DNA of 64,000 nucleotides from Cetorhinus maximus. Its lineage: Eukaryota. This document shows, piece after piece, positions 34,861-48,730 of the stretch (position 1 is its first letter; each line of letters begins with the position of its first letter). The notes under the pieces are model-generated. The model did not search any database. It worked only from the letters and a program-made list of their open reading frames with translations, and had not been told where the DNA came from. Made by a program: the position numbers and the translations under genes. The DNA is taken from contig NC_135887.1 of NCBI RefSeq assembly GCF_964194155.1, forward strand, positions 29,264,001 to 29,328,000. Direction: 5' to 3'.

Positions 34861-35519
34861 CTCTGTGCCCATTTTCACCAGCTTTATGTACCTGAGCCCC
34901 AAGATCTTTTTTTCTCTCAAGTTTTGCTATTAATGGGAAATGTTTCCTCTGGTTTTTTTTCCCAAAATGTATCACCTCACGTTTCCCAATATTAAGTTTT
35001 ATCTAACATGCTGGAATCTGAAATAAAAATGGAAAATGCTGGTAAAACAACACAAGAATCTTGGCTACAATAAATACCCTTCTTCAGGACTCTTGCAGTT
35101 TGTTGTCATGTTTACTCTGTAGCCAAGACATTAGTAGCAGCAGTGCTACAAGTGAACCAAGACACTATTATCGCCTGTAGCTGCATGCCTATATGTTTAT
35201 GATTAAACACAGTATCAATACAAGATACAGAAACAATGTGCAATTGTGTAATCTATTAGCATGGGAATGTACTAATTAATACTGCTGGTATGTAGGATTT
35301 TTGCAGCTGAAATAAATTAAATTCCACATGGCACTATATCAGTACACTTTCAACACAAGATTGGAATGTGTCTTGTTTGCACAGCAAAACATTGATTGCA
35401 TTTTGAAAGGATTTAAGGATCCAATGTAAATGAGTAGAAGTCAGAAGGTTGTGGATTCAAGCCTTACACCAGGACTTCACAAATCAAAGCTGACACACTA
35501 ATAGGAGGTCTCTGCAGAT

Positions 35520-36130
35520 GACGAGAGCCAGCTATAGGCTGGGAATTCTGCACTGGGTAACTTGCCTCCTGACTCCCCAAAGCCTGTCCATCATCTTCAA
35601 GGCATGTTAGGAGTGTGATGGAATACTCCCCACTTGCCTGGATGAGTGCAGCTCCAACAACAGTAAAGAAGCTCGACACCATCCAGGACAAAGCAGCCTG
35701 CTTGATTGACACCCCATCCACCATGTTCAACATCCATTCCCTCCACCACTGACGCACAGTAGCAGCAGTGTGTACCACCTACAAGATGCACTGCAGGAAG
35801 CCACCAAGACTCCTTCAAAAGCACCTTCCAAATCCACACCAAATCCTCTACCATCTAGAAGAACAAGGGCAGCAGATGCATGGGAACACCACCATCTGCA
35901 AGTTCCCCCTCCAAGCCACACATCATCCTCACTTGGAACTATATCACTGTCCCATTGCTGGGCCAAACTCCTGAAACTCCCTTACTAACAGCACTATGGA
36001 TGTTCCTGCACCACATGGACTGCAGCGGCTCAAGAAGGTGCTCACCATAGCCTTCTCGGTGGTAATTAAGGACGGGCAATAAATGCTGGCCTTAGTCAAG
36101 ATGCTCACGTCCCAAGAACAAACTTAAAAA
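35520..36130 (+). mobile_element. Family B LINE 3' fragment
   Basis: ggagtgtgatggaatactccccacttgcctggatgagtgcagctcc...gggcaataaatgctggcc. Confidence 0.9.
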
Positions 36131-36419
36131 CAATCCTGACCTGTCTCTTTACCCTACCCCCCCCGCCCCCCCCACCAAACCACCCCCCGGGGCCAACAAA
36201 ACCCTCAAGTACAATCGAAAATAGCATAAGTTGTCAATCATTTGTGTCATAGTTGGCACATGCATCCACACACTTAACATTAGTCTGCTGTTCAAAGTGT
36301 GCGTGTGTGCAAAGTACTTTGTACGTTTCTGGGACATACACTATATGTTCAAAAGCACAAGAATTCCATTAATCTCCTGTGTATAATCAAGACCAATTAA
36401 AATTTTTTTGAGATCAAGT

Positions 36420-36680
36420 GAGGTTAGAGGGTGGGGGATAATGAAATCATTGTGGGAGAGGAGGGAAGGGAGGCTCAGGAGACGAGGTGTGAGGCATGAA
36501 GGAGGAGGCAAATGCAGGGGAAGAGAGGTAGGAAGGTGGAGCAGTGGAGGAGAAGGTGGAAGGAAGGGCAAGAGAGCAGGTAGTAGGGGTACAAGAGGGA
36601 CGTATGGAACAGTCGACGACTGAGGGAGGACAAATAGAGCCAGTGAAAGGAGGGAGTACCCTGGATAGCAGGAGGTGGAT
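36420..36680. repeat. Purine-rich (G/A) low-complexity tract
   Basis: gggagaggagggaagggaggc...ggaggagaaggtggaaggaaggg. Confidence 0.7.
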
Positions 36681-37384
36681 ATTTTAAACCTCCTCTTGAT
36701 TTCTGTTTTAATCTAATCCTTAACTTTTCAATTGACAAAAAAAACTACTTCAGTTAACCATCAAATTTTAATCCTAAAATGAAACAAAATAAAGCTTTTC
36801 TGTACAGTCTACAAGCCAGTTAGAATGATAAAGGCCTGCACCCCGGAAAAGCCAGTAGTAATTTTGAGATTGGAAAATCAAAACTCCGATTTGCAATTGC
36901 ATTTTGAAAAAACAAAGTTGTCCAGATTTATGTGCAGATCTGTTTTGTGTCGGCAAAATGGTTTTAAATGCACCCAACCTAGTTTTGAACTGAGCAAATC
37001 CTAGCAGTGCTATCTGCAGCAAGCAGCAAAAGATGAGATGCAGGATGCTGTGGGTTGGTGATGAATGGATTTGGACCATAATGTTGCAAAGCTGAAAAAT
37101 TCATAGCAGTACATTTGGCACATGGGATTTGGCACCCCTGTAATAGCATGATATCAGTATTTTATCATAATGCTCCATTTGAGTAGGTATAAATTTTATG
37201 AAATCTTACATGGAAAATAACTTCCTCAGCTTAGTGACATCATTTTCCAGTAAGATTGAATGCTGAAAGTGAATTTATAAAACTGCCCTGAAATTGAGTT
37301 GTGGGAAAGAAAGATTAGGACCTGAGACAAATGAAAATTAATACATTTATTTTACACTTGTGATTTTGATTAAAATCTTCAAGA

Positions 37385-37740
37385 TATTAAGAGCAACTGA
37401 TAGGGCAGAGAGAAAAATGATTTCTGCTGGTTTGGAAGTCGAGGATTAGGGGGCATAGTCTAAAAGTTAATGCCAGATCTTTTAGGAGAGAAATTAGGAA
37501 ATACTTCTACATGCTGGGGGTTGGGGGTGGGGTAGAAGTTTAGAATGCTCCCACAAACAGCAGTTGATGCTAGGCGAATTGTAAATTTTAAATTTGAGAT
37601 TGATAATCTTTGTTAACCAAAGACATTGAGGATTTGGAGTAAAGGAGGGTATTTGGAGTTGGGTTGCAAATTAACCATGATCTCCTTGAAAGGTGGAAGA
37701 GGCTTCAGGCTAAATGGTCTACTCCTGTTCCCGCTTTCCT
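37385..37740 (+). mobile_element. Degenerate CR1 3' fragment
   Basis: gggggcatagtctaaaag...aaatggtctactcctgttcc. Confidence 0.65.
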
Positions 37741-38554
37741 TCAGGTGAAAATAGATCTTGTTGCAATGTCATGCTGATAATCCAGAATTTTGCAAAATAA
37801 TTCACTTAATTAACCATAAACACCAAGAGGAGGAAAATATAAAAATAGCAACCAAACATGGATTTCTATTTCTCTTAGTAAGAAGCCCAAAGTAGTTTTC
37901 TATGGACTAAACTCTTCCAAAATACATTGGCAATGCTTTTTAAATTGCTCAAATTGGATATTCTTCAGTGAAATTGTGGTCAGGATTTGGTGTCACTTGG
38001 TAATTTGATGCTTGAAATGATCATGCCGAGAGACCAGGTTTGCTATTGATATGGCTACATAAACACTGATCATTTGTGCAGAGGCCATTCTAACACCAGC
38101 TTCAGAAATACTTTGAACAAATCAAGAGTTGAACAAAAATGCCAGTGTATCATATTTGAAAGATCCCACACACTACTTCAAATGAGTCCAGTGGGCCACC
38201 TGGGCTGTTTTGAGTTAAAATTGCAGTTACTGTGTAGAATGACACCCCCCACCGGGCAATCAGGTCTTTAAACCAGGTGGCATGAGAAGATCTCTCACCG
38301 CTTTGGTTTTATTGTATTCAGGTGTCAGATGGGTTCTGAAGCCTCGGTTATACAGCCACTTTTGTAAAAATGAGCAAATAAAACCATGAATATGAAAGTG
38401 GTAGTGTATTCACAGCTTTAGGATTGAAGCCTGAAGATTCTTTGTAGTTATTTTCTAAGTCATGTCAAGTTAAGATCCCTTTTAAAGTCCATCAATTGTA
38501 AGAATTGTTGGAACAGTCTTCAAGCGTTTACTTTTTTTTAATATATATTTGCGA

Positions 38555-38790
38555 AGGAACAGGGATAGGCCATTCAGTCTCAAAACCAGTTCTGCCATTC
38601 AGTTAGATGATGACTGATCTGTACCTTAATTCCATCAAAACACCTTGTTTCAGTAATCCTTTATTCCTTTGCTCATCCAAAATAAATAAAAGTCTGTTTT
38701 GAAATTTTCAGTTGAACTAGCCTCAAGAGCTTTTCAGGGGAAGAGTTCCAGATTTCCCTTTTTGTAAAGAAGTGCTTCCTGATATCACAA
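38555..38790 (-). mobile_element. Degenerate CR1 3' fragment
   Basis: ggaacagggataggccattcag...gggaagagttccagatttc. Confidence 0.6.
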
Positions 38791-40414
38791 ATTCTGGTGT
38801 CTCCCTAAGCAGCCCAGTAGAGACCAGCTCCCATACCATTGGCATTCTTGGCAAACTTTCCTTCTGGGAAAGCACCAGATCGCTGTTCTGTTTCAGGAAG
38901 CTGAAGGTCAGCTTCTACTACTTTGGGAGCTGCAAGATTAACATGTACTGCCTTTAAGGCAACGAATATTCCATGATGCCGCACAAAAAGTTGGCAGGAG
39001 ATGTTTCAAACAAATCAGGACACTTCTGGATGAATTTCAAGTCATTAGATGCCAGTGCTAAAGAATGGAACACTTCCACATTGGCACCCAGTGTCAGGGT
39101 CAGGTACGTCCTGTTAGGTTTAGGGCAACTTGAATGTCAGGCATGTAGCCCAAGTGTAACTTCAGTGTCAGTCATCCTTACACCCTTTTTGAGTGAGAGC
39201 TAATTTCTACTGAATTATAGATCACGTTGCCCTTTGGACTCCCTACAAAGGACTGATTTGAGATGCCGTTATGTAACACGGATATGCAGCTCCAAAGAGG
39301 AAACTTACATTGTATTTGACTCTTAAGTCCTAGAGGTGAAAGGACAGTATGCTAACCTAAAATACACCCACTACTTGATAGATCTCTCTCCCGGATTTAT
39401 TTTCCAAGTGCTATGAGAAATGATCATTCTGTTTCATGGGCAATCAGCTAAAGTAGGAAAATAGGTTTAAAACTGTTGGGATATCGACAGAATTGGGCTG
39501 CTCGGAAGTATAGATAAATATTCTTTTGACAGACACGTGGGCAAGATTGTACAGAATGGTTTTACAGCTGTCTGCACATTGACAGTGGCTTTTACAGGAA
39601 ACCAGAAAGAATAACAGGAAACATGTGCATGCAGAAATGATTGTTGCAACCACAGAATGGTCCCAGCTACATTTAATGGTTATGTATGTTGGACAATTGG
39701 AAAACGAATTGCACATGTTTCGTTGGTGAAGTTTGTGATGCATAAGGTTTTGCGCAACTAAAAGGAAGGGTGTAAATTTTGTCAGCGCTGTAGGAATAGA
39801 CATGAAAAGGCCAAGCAGGTTCTGACTGCTGTGTTATGCCATTTTGCAGTAGTCCCACAACAATATGGTTGGCCCTTAACTGCCCTCAGAATTGGCCTAG
39901 CAAGCCACTCAGTTGAGTCAAACTACCACAAGATTAAAACTGAATGAACTGCCTGGTATCAAGCTAGGCACTGGACACTGCAAAGGCACATCAATCCAGC
40001 CAACCATGCAAACTCCTCCTCACTAACAAATGATGCTAAAATTGAAAGCACTGTCCCTCAGGCAAGTCAAGAAACAGACCAGCATAGTCGTACAGAATCC
40101 TACCTTTCAGCGAACTTCCCAGACAACCCACCACAGGACAGACTCACCAGAGGTAATGGAACATTAGAGGGAGTGGCTCTTCAACATTGACTCCGGACCT
40201 CATGGAGTCACTTGGCATCAAGTCAAACATGGACAAGGAGACCTCCTGTTGATTACCACCTACTACCCTCCCTCAGCTAGTAAATCAGTACTCCTCTATG
40301 TTAAACGCTACTTGGAAAAAAGTACTGAAGATAGCAAGCGTGCATAATGTACTCTTGTGTAGGTGACCTCAATGTCCATCACCAAGCATGGATCCATAGC
40401 ACCACCATAAATAG

Positions 40415-41259
40415 ATATGGGAATGTTATGAGTGGGTAAAAATTTGGCAGAACGAATGTAATGTGGGAAAATGTGAGTTTGTCCACTTTGGCAGGAAGAA
40501 TAGAAAAGCAGAATATTTTAAAATGGTGAGAGACTGTAGAATGTTGCTGTACAGAGGAATCTGGGTGTCCTTGTACGCAAACCACAAAATTAGCATGCAG
40601 GTACAACGTGCAATTAGGAAGACAAATGGAATATTGGCCTTTATTGCAAAGGGGATGGAATATAAAAGTAGGGAAGTCTTTCTACAACTGTACAGGACAT
40701 TGGTGAGACCACACCTACATTACAGCATACAGTTTTGGTCTCCTTCTTTAAGGTAGGATGTACTTGCATTGGAGGCAGTTCAGAGAAGGTTCACTAGGCT
40801 GATTCCTGTGATGAAAGGGTTGCTGTATGAGGAAAAGTTGGGCCTTTACTCATTAGAGTTTAGAAGAATAGGAGGTGATATCATTGAAACATTTAAGATT
40901 CTGAGGGGGCATGACAGAGTAGATGCTGAAAGGATGTTTCCCCTTGAGGAAATCTAGAACTAAAGAGCACTAAAGAGTTTCAAATTAAGGGGTTTCCCAT
41001 TTAAGATGGACTTGAGGAATTTCTTCTCTGGGGTTTGTTAATCTTTAGAATTCTCTACCTCCGCAGCAGTGGAGACTGGGTGATTGAATATATTCAAGGC
41101 TGAGTTAGGCAGATTTTTGATCCACAGAAGAGTTGAGGTTTAAGGGGGCAGGTAGGACAGTGGAGCTAAGGCCTTAAGCCAGATCAGCTGTAATCTTATT
41201 GAATGGTGGAGCAAGCTTGAGGGGCCAAATGACGACGACCTGCTCTTATTTCCTATGTA
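40415..41259 (+). mobile_element. CR1 3' fragment nested in family B LINE
   Basis: KCEFVHFGRKN, LYRTLVRPHL motifs and CR1 tail; host sequence continues on both sides. Confidence 0.9.
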
Positions 41260-41400
41260 CTAACCAAGCTAAATCCTGAAGGACGTAGCTGCCAGCCTGG
41301 GTTTGCAACAGGTGGTGAGATAACTAATATAAGGGAAAAATCTACTTCACCTTATACTCAACAGCCTACCTGTTGTAGATGCATCTGGCATTCCTTGCAC

Positions 41401-41615
41401 TGTTATACTCCATAGGGCCAGTCAGTGAAGGATAGCACTGGAGCAAATATTTACTCAGTCTAACATATTTATTTAGAGTGAAACATTACAAGCATATGCC
41501 TCCTAACTCAATTGCACCCCAGTTTCAGTGAGTGTTTCTTTATATGTGCTCAAGTGAAACTCCTATTAATGCCTTCCACCTGCATACAATTAAGCACAAA
41601 TGATATACAATTAAT
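41401..41615 (-). mobile_element. Possible solo LTR nested in family B LINE
   Basis: About 210-bp insert absent from the 12051 copy; starts tgttat; reverse TATA (ctttatat) and polyA (tttattt); no clear TSD. Confidence 0.4.
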
Positions 41616-42358
41616 ATTTTCTCTGAGGGCACTCTTCAACATGTTGTATAGCACTACCTAAATGGAATAGATTCAGAACAGATCTAGCTGCTCAAAACTG
41701 GGCTTCCATGAGGAGCAGTAGGTGATCAGCGGCAGCAGAATTCTGTTCGGCCATAACCTGTAACATCATGGCTGGTGTATTCCTCACTTTGTGACGACTG
41801 TCATGGCTACTGCCAAGTGATGGGATGAACCCTGGTTCAATGAGGAGTGTAGAATAGCCAAGAGCTGCAGCTGGCTTGCATAAAAAGCGTAGTGTCGGCC
41901 TGGTGAAGCTACAACATGGGACTCCATGCATGCTAAACAGCGTGTGTGCACACGATAAACAGATCAAAATGTTCCCACAACCAACAGATTTGATCATGGC
42001 TCTGCCATTCTGCCACATCTAGTCGTGAATGGCGGTGGACAATTAAACAACTAATTGGAGGAGGAGATTCAATGAACATTCCCATCCACAACATTGGAGG
42101 AACACAATACATTGTTGCACAAGGCAAGGCTGAAGTATTTGCAAACATATAGTCCTTCTGGGCCTCCTTCTGAGGTCTCCATTATAGCTGCGAGTCTTCA
42201 GCCAAGTTGATTCACTATATTAATTTATAAATGTGAATTGCTTGTATTTGGATATGTGTTGATGTTACGGGTGGGGGTTAATTTAAACAGCCTTGATTTC
42301 TTCTCTCATCACCTGTCTTTAAACAGAAAGGTATTTTTGATTTGCTCCTTTTATAGGT

Positions 42359-43359
42359 GGTGATGTATTTTCCCCAACCCCTCAATTTTGGAGTGACACA
42401 ATCCTCAATTAATAGCCCCACAGCAAACTCCGTAGGGTAAAATCAAAGGGTTTGTTTATTTTTACACATACAAAATGCAGGGAGGGGGTGTCACCATGTA
42501 ACCCCAGTACATTCACACAATAAAAGAAAGGGAAGGAAAGAGGTACAAGGCAAAAACCACAGACAAAACAAGAATTATTGTTTTACATGAATACAGAGTC
42601 CAGAATCAAAGTTCATAGGTGTATTCTTTCAGAGTCCGCAGGATGATGAGATGGGTCCATAGGGAGTAGTTTAGTCTTGTAGGCATTGGTACAGAAGTTT
42701 AAGATATTCCAGTAGAAAACAGTGTATGTGGGGCTAGGCAATTTAAACCTGTACAGCTCTGCTGCTGTTTGGCTGATGGAAGATGGTAGTCAGAGGCAGG
42801 CTGCTAGCCTGGGGTCCTGTTTCTCTTTGAGGTTAAACAGCGACTGAAGATGGAATCTGAAAACTCTATAATTAAAGCAGTTCAAACAGCTCAAGTCTCG
42901 GTCATATGATGGTGGTTTTGGGTCGAGCCATTCAGCTAACAAGGCCCCTTGTTAAAACCCATTGTATCTTGAGCAGGTAACTGTGGAACCGTTAGCACAA
43001 ATTTGGAGATGAGTCATAAATAGCTCTGCCTTTGTCCAGAGCTGGCTGGGGCTGATGCCTCGCGTACTAGTCCTTTTACGTTGGCTTGGCTGTAATGTTC
43101 ATATGATACAAAGGGATGTCACCTTTCAGGAGGATGAGGACTTAGCTTTTGTCCATTGAAACTGGTCAGAATTTTCCAGAAACACCAGCATGTGACCAGC
43201 TGCAGCCATTTTATCTGTCCAGCAATTTGTTCATTTTTTTTAAAACAGTTTAAGCAAGAGAGTATGGCAGAAAAACAAACTTTTTAGATTTTTTTTAATG
43301 CCTCTGGTATGATTGTTGGGTTGACCAGAAAATTATGCAAGTTACGCAACTTTCTGACA
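42359..43359 (-). mobile_element. Possible 1-kb solo LTR
   Basis: Ends in tgaca; flanks aggt/aggc may be a decayed 4-bp TSD; reverse polyA signal near the left end. Confidence 0.35.
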
Positions 43360-44014
43360 AGGCATGTCACTTGGTATTGTGCAGTATGTTCAAACTAGCC
43401 CATTAACTTGTGCGATGAGCAAGTCATGCCAGGCATTTAGCTGCCTGTTCAGTTTACAATTTGGTATTCCCTGCACCTGCACAGTCACTCTGAGAGGACA
43501 GGCAATTGAGTTGTTCCCAGATCCTCCTGTTCCAGGAACCAAGTCTGAGGATACATACGAATTCTGGTATGGCAATTCATTCTTTTGCAGAAACATTCCA
43601 TTTTCATTATATGCAGAAGTTAGAAACTACAGATGTGACCCTACTTTATTTTTACTAAAAATTATGCTCTGCTTGAGGTCTCAATTAGAGTGGATACTTT
43701 TGGGGAGATTATTATTTCTGGATGAAATTTAAATGGGCTTTGGGAGGCAGACGAGTTGGGCAATGTGCATAGATCTGGAGCGGTGAATAGCCCAGGGTGC
43801 TTTTTTTTTAATAGTAATTAGCCACCTCACTTTCAAAACCTTACAGGGAAAGATGTGCTTCAAAAAGGTGTGCTATTAAGTTACTGGCCAAAGTGTTCCA
43901 ATGAAAGGTGTCAATTATTGTCCATGTTTCTTGCTGTGTGATCATGAACCTGATGCTTTACCATGTGTGTTCTCATTTTAATTTTATTTCCCTATTTCAC
44001 AATCTTCTTTACAG

Positions 44015-44597
44015 GAAGAATGCGACAAGTTAGGAGGCAGCTTTATGCTCAGTCATCTGCACCAGGACAAGGATTGTTTTGGCAATGGGAAAATGATGAA
44101 GGTGGCTGGACAGCCTATGAAATGACCATCTCCATTTTCATTGAGAATTGCCTCACTGGAAGGCAACAGATAGCTGACTTAGGGCAATTTGGTTACAACT
44201 ACGTAGTGGATTTGACTACTTCATGTCAGATAAATAGAATCACTGGGTTCAGGAGACGAGTTCAAAGACTTTCTGATACACCCTATCCATCAGCTGTTTT
44301 TGGACCATTTCACAGAGGTCAAATATGCTCTTGCAATCAGTGTCTAGCTTATACTGGCTCTGGGCCCATTTTAAATCGTAGTCGACACATTGTCTCCAAC
44401 TTAGCAGGCCCTTCTACTCAGCTAACTTCTAACAGGTCATCTCTAATGGTGTCTCATAACCATGGATACTCCCCTTACAGCAAGAGGCCGGCATCTATGG
44501 GCCCAATGCCTGTCACAAGTACTGTTTGGCCTGCAACCACAGCAACTACTGTAGGTCAATCTACAACTTCTGGCTCACACTTCACCAATGGTTCAAG
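44015..44597 (+). CDS. DTX2: DTX2 coding exon 2 (WWE2 and Ser/Pro/Thr-rich linker)
   Basis: ttctttacag acceptor, phase 1 (G+GA = Gly, RQDTGRMRQVRR); WQWENDEGGWTAYE; CSCNQCL; AG|gtatag donor, phase 2. Confidence 0.92.
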
Positions 44598-44914
44598 GTA
44601 TAGTATTAAACCCTATTGCTATATGTTCATTTGTAATTTAAAGGACATTGCTTCCTCAATGATACAGAACACGTTGGCTTAATCTAGGCTCTACGTGGAA
44701 CAACTGAGGGTGAATTAGTCGCTGCAGTTATATTGAATGCACTCAATGCCTGCCCAGGGAAAATAAATATTTTTTTCTGTGTTTTGACTTTGGGAGCACA
44801 CACAATGGTCGTCCATCGTAGCAGTCTCAATATGCCCTGGGAAGCATATAATGTATTTGAATGGCATAAGACTCATCTTTGAGCTGAATCTGGTTTAAAC
44901 CAGCGTGCAGTTAA

Positions 44915-45360
44915 CAGCAATTTGCATATATTAGTACTTTTACATAAAATATCTCCAGGAACTTCAAAGTAGCATTATCAAACAAAATTGGGCACCAAGC
45001 CCACACATGAGGATACATAACCAAAAATTCGGTCAATGGGGCATATTTTGAGGAGACAAGAGGCTTAGGGAGGGAATTAAGCTTGGGGCCTAAGCAGCTG
45101 AAGCTCCAGCCACCAACAGTGTATTGATGAAAATCGGGAATGCGCAAGAGGCCATAATTGGAGGAGCACAGAGATCCTGAAGGTTGTAAGGCAGAGGAAG
45201 TTAGAGATAAGGAGAGCCAAACCTTTGGAGGAATTGGAATGCTGGGTTAAGAATTTTAAAATTAACATGTTGCCAGATTGGGAGTTAATATATATCAGTG
45301 AATGCAGGATGATGAGTGAACAGAATTTGTTGCAAGTTAGGATATTCCTACTTGAGGATT
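44915..45360 (-). mobile_element. L2-type LINE 3' fragment
   Basis: ttgcatatattagtactttt...gcttggggcctaagcagctgaagc; reverse translation GGWSFSCLGPKLNSLP. Confidence 0.7.
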
Positions 45361-45552
45361 GTGTACAGATGCTCCCGGGGACCACTAAAACTAAACAAGT
45401 TCATTGTAATTGCAGAAAATATTTCGGTATATAGCGACAAAGGCATGTAGGATGTAAAAGAATTTGACGAAAAGCAAAAATGTTTTTCTGGTGTCTGGCT
45501 AACGTTGATCCCTCATCTAACATCTTTGAAATGTTGATCATCTGGCCATCTT

Positions 45553-48195
45553 ATAGAATCACAATTTCTACAGTGCAGGAGGAGGCCATTTGGCCCATTG
45601 TGTCTGCACCAGCTCTGTGAAGGAGTAACTGTTCCCCGCTTCTCCCTGTAACCCTGCACATTCTTCCTTATAACAGTCTAATTCCCTTTTGAATGCTTCG
45701 ATTGAAGCTGCCTCCACCACAATCTCAGGTAGTGCATTCCAGACCTTAAACACACACTGCGTGAGAAGGTTTTTGTTCGTCATTTTTGCTTCTTTTGCCA
45801 ATTACTTTAAATCTGTGTCCTCTCATTCTTTATCCTTTCACGAGTGGGAAGAGCTTCTCCTTATTTTGTCTGCCCAGACCAGTCAGGATTTTTTAATACT
45901 TCTGTCAAATCTCCTCTCTGCTTCTCTTGATAATTTGTAATGTGATGGGATTAGTTAATGACCTCAGAGTAAAGCCATCCCTGGGTAGTAGCGTCAACAA
46001 TGATCTAATTTTACATCCGGTTTGAAAGGGAGAAGAGTGGGTCTAAGATGAGTATCTTAAACTTTAAATAAGGGCAACTATGTGGGCATGAAAGCTGAGC
46101 TAGCTGAAGTGAACTGGGATACTAGGCTAGAGGACAGATTAATAGAGAAGCAGTGCCAGACATTTAAGGGGCTATTTTAGAATATTCAGAATAAGAATAT
46201 TCCTACTGTAAAGAAAAGTTCTAAGGGGAGAATCCACCATCCGTGGTTAACTGAAGAAGTTGAGGGAAGCATCAAACGTGAGGAAAAAGCACAACTGCGC
46301 AAAGATGAGTGGCAGGACAGATGATTGCTCAGAATATAAAGAACGGCAGAGAATGACTAAAAGGTTAATTAGGAGAAAGAAATTAGAATATGAAAGAAAG
46401 CTAGCTAGAAATGTCAACGCATATCGAGTTTCTACAGGTATTTAAAAAGGAAAAGAATAAGTAATGTGAATGTTGGTCGTCTAGAGAGTGACAGTGGGGA
46501 GCTAATAGATAATAAGGAAATGGTGGAAGAAGTAAACAAATATTTTGCTTCTGTGTTCTCTATAGAGGATACAAAAATATTCCAGTAATAGCTATAAATC
46601 AGGAGGTGAAAGGGAGAGGGGAACTTGGTGAAATTGAAATCACTAGGGAAGCGGTACTGAACAAACTGGAGCTGTGGGCTGACAAGTCCGTGTCCTGATG
46701 GACTACATCCTAGGGTCTTAAAAGAGGTGGCTAATGAAGTAGTAGGTGCACTGGTATAAAATTTCCAAAATTTGCTAAATTCTGGAAAGGTTCCATCAGA
46801 CTGGAAAGTAGCAAATATTCAAGAAGGGAGGGAGGCAGAAAATAGGAAACTATAAGCCAGTTGATGTCAGTTGTGGGGAAGTTGTTAGAATCGATCATTA
46901 AAGAGGTTATAGCAGGGCACTTCGAAAAACTGAAGGAAATTGGGAAGAGTCAGAATGGTTTTGTGAAAGAGAAATCATGTTTAACCAATTTATTGGAGTT
47001 TTTTGAAGGAGTAACTTGTGCGGTGGATAAAAGGGAGCCTGTCGACATACTGTGCTTGGATTTCCAAATGATATTTGATAAGCTGTCACATCAAAGATTA
47101 TTGTGGAAAAATAAAAGCTCATGGTGTATGGAGTAACATATTAGCATGGATAGCAGATTGGCTGTCAGAAAACAGAGAATGCATAAATGGGTCTTTCTCT
47201 GATTGGCAGGATGTGACAAGTGGAGTCCTGCAGGGGCATGTGCTGGGCCTCAACTTTTTGCAATTCACATCAATGACTTAGATGAGGGGAGTGATGATAA
47301 CTAAATTTGCAGATGACACAAAGGTAGGAAAGTATATTGTGAAGTGGACATGAGGTTGCAGACAGGTTGAGTAAGTGGACGAAGATATGGCAAATTGAGT
47401 TTAATGTGGGAAAATGTGAAGTTCTTCACTTTGGAAGGAAGAATAAAAATGCAGAGTATTACTTAAACAGAGAAAGACAACAGAATTCCAAGGTGGAGAG
47501 GGATCTAGGTGTTCTAGTTCAAGAGTCACAAAAAAGTTAGTATGCAGGTAGAGCAAGTAATTAAGAAGGCTAATGGAATGCCACCTTTATTGCAAGAGGA
47601 ATTGAACATTAAAAGTAAGGATGTTAAGCTTCAGTTATACAGGTCATTGGTGAGACTTCATCTCGAATACTTGTGTGTAGTTTTGATTGTCTTATTTAAG
47701 GAAGGATGTGAATGTGTTGGAGGCAGTTCAGAGGAGGCTTACTAGATTGATACCTGGAATGAGTGGGTTGTCTTATGAGGAAAGATTGGACAGACTGGGC
47801 TTGTTTCCACTGGAGTTTAGAAGAGTGAGGAGTGATTTGATTGAAGTATATTAGATCCTGAATGGTCTTGACAAGGTGGATGTGGAAGGAGATGAGAATT
47901 TTTTGAGGGTTGTGCAACTTTAGAACACACTGCCTCAGAAGGCAGTGGAGGAGGGATCATTGAATATTTTTAAGGCGGAGGTAGATAGATTCTTGTTAGG
48001 CAAGGGAATCAAAGGTTATCAGGGGTGGATGGGAATGTGGAATTAAAAGCCGATGGGCCATGATCTTATTGAATGGCGGAGCAGGCTCTAGGAGTCAAAT
48101 GGCCTACCTCTGCTCCTATTTCTTATGTTCTCCACGGAAAACAGTCCCAACTTCTCCAGTCTATCTTTGTAACTGAAGTTTATATCATTACCATT
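45553..48195 (-). mobile_element. CR1 3' fragment (45553-45926 plus 48128-48195) split by a younger CR1
   Basis: Reverse VWNALP...EAFKRELD; sequence resumes ttctccacggaaaacagtcccaac after the insert. Confidence 0.75.
45927..48127 (+). mobile_element. CR1 LINE, about 2.2 kb, 5'-truncated, frameshifted ORF2
   Basis: SCLTNLLEFFE and KFADDTK motifs, canonical tail; candidate TSD ttctc at 45922-45926 and 48128-48132. Confidence 0.93.
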
Positions 48196-48489
48196 TCTGG
48201 GACCTTGCTGTGTGCAAATTGGCTGCCAAATTTCCTCACATTGCAACAGTGACTACATTTCAAAAGTAATTCATTGGCTGTGAAGCGTTTGAGACTTCCC
48301 GAAGTTCTGAAAGATGCTATATTAATGTATGATTTGTTTGGGAAGTAGTGGTGAGAATATGAACAGATAGAATGTAGCAAGTTTATTTTGTTGAACTGGA
48401 TGAGGTTTCAAAAAGGGTCACGTTAATTGTATTGTGTGTCTTTTTTAATTGCACCATCTACAGAAGTGCAAAATGAGGAATGGATCATT

Positions 48490-48730
48490 TGGGGCTAAGA
48501 TGAAGAGACATTTTTTTCATTTGCTGTGAATCTTTGGGGTTCTCTACCTCAACTGTGCATACTCAGCCATTGAGTATATTTGAGGTTGAGATCGATAAGT
48601 TTTTGGGCACCAAGGGAATCGAAGGATATCAAGATAGGTGGGAAAGTAGACTTAATGTAGAAGTTCAGCCATTGCTGAATGAGGGAGCAGACTTGATAGG
48701 TTGTATGGCCTCCTTTTGTTCTTGCATATG
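48490..48730 (+). mobile_element. Degenerate CR1 3' fragment
   Basis: IFEVEIDKFLGTKGIEGY motif and tail. Confidence 0.65.

Larger units (their letters stand above)
39860..42220 (+). mobile_element. Older family B LINE (5' UTR and endonuclease region) interrupted by two insertions
   Basis: cttaactgccctcagaattggcctagcaagccactcagttg matches 12197-12237; ggtgacctcaatgtccatcaccaag (GDxN); resumes at about 41260 and 41620. Confidence 0.8.
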
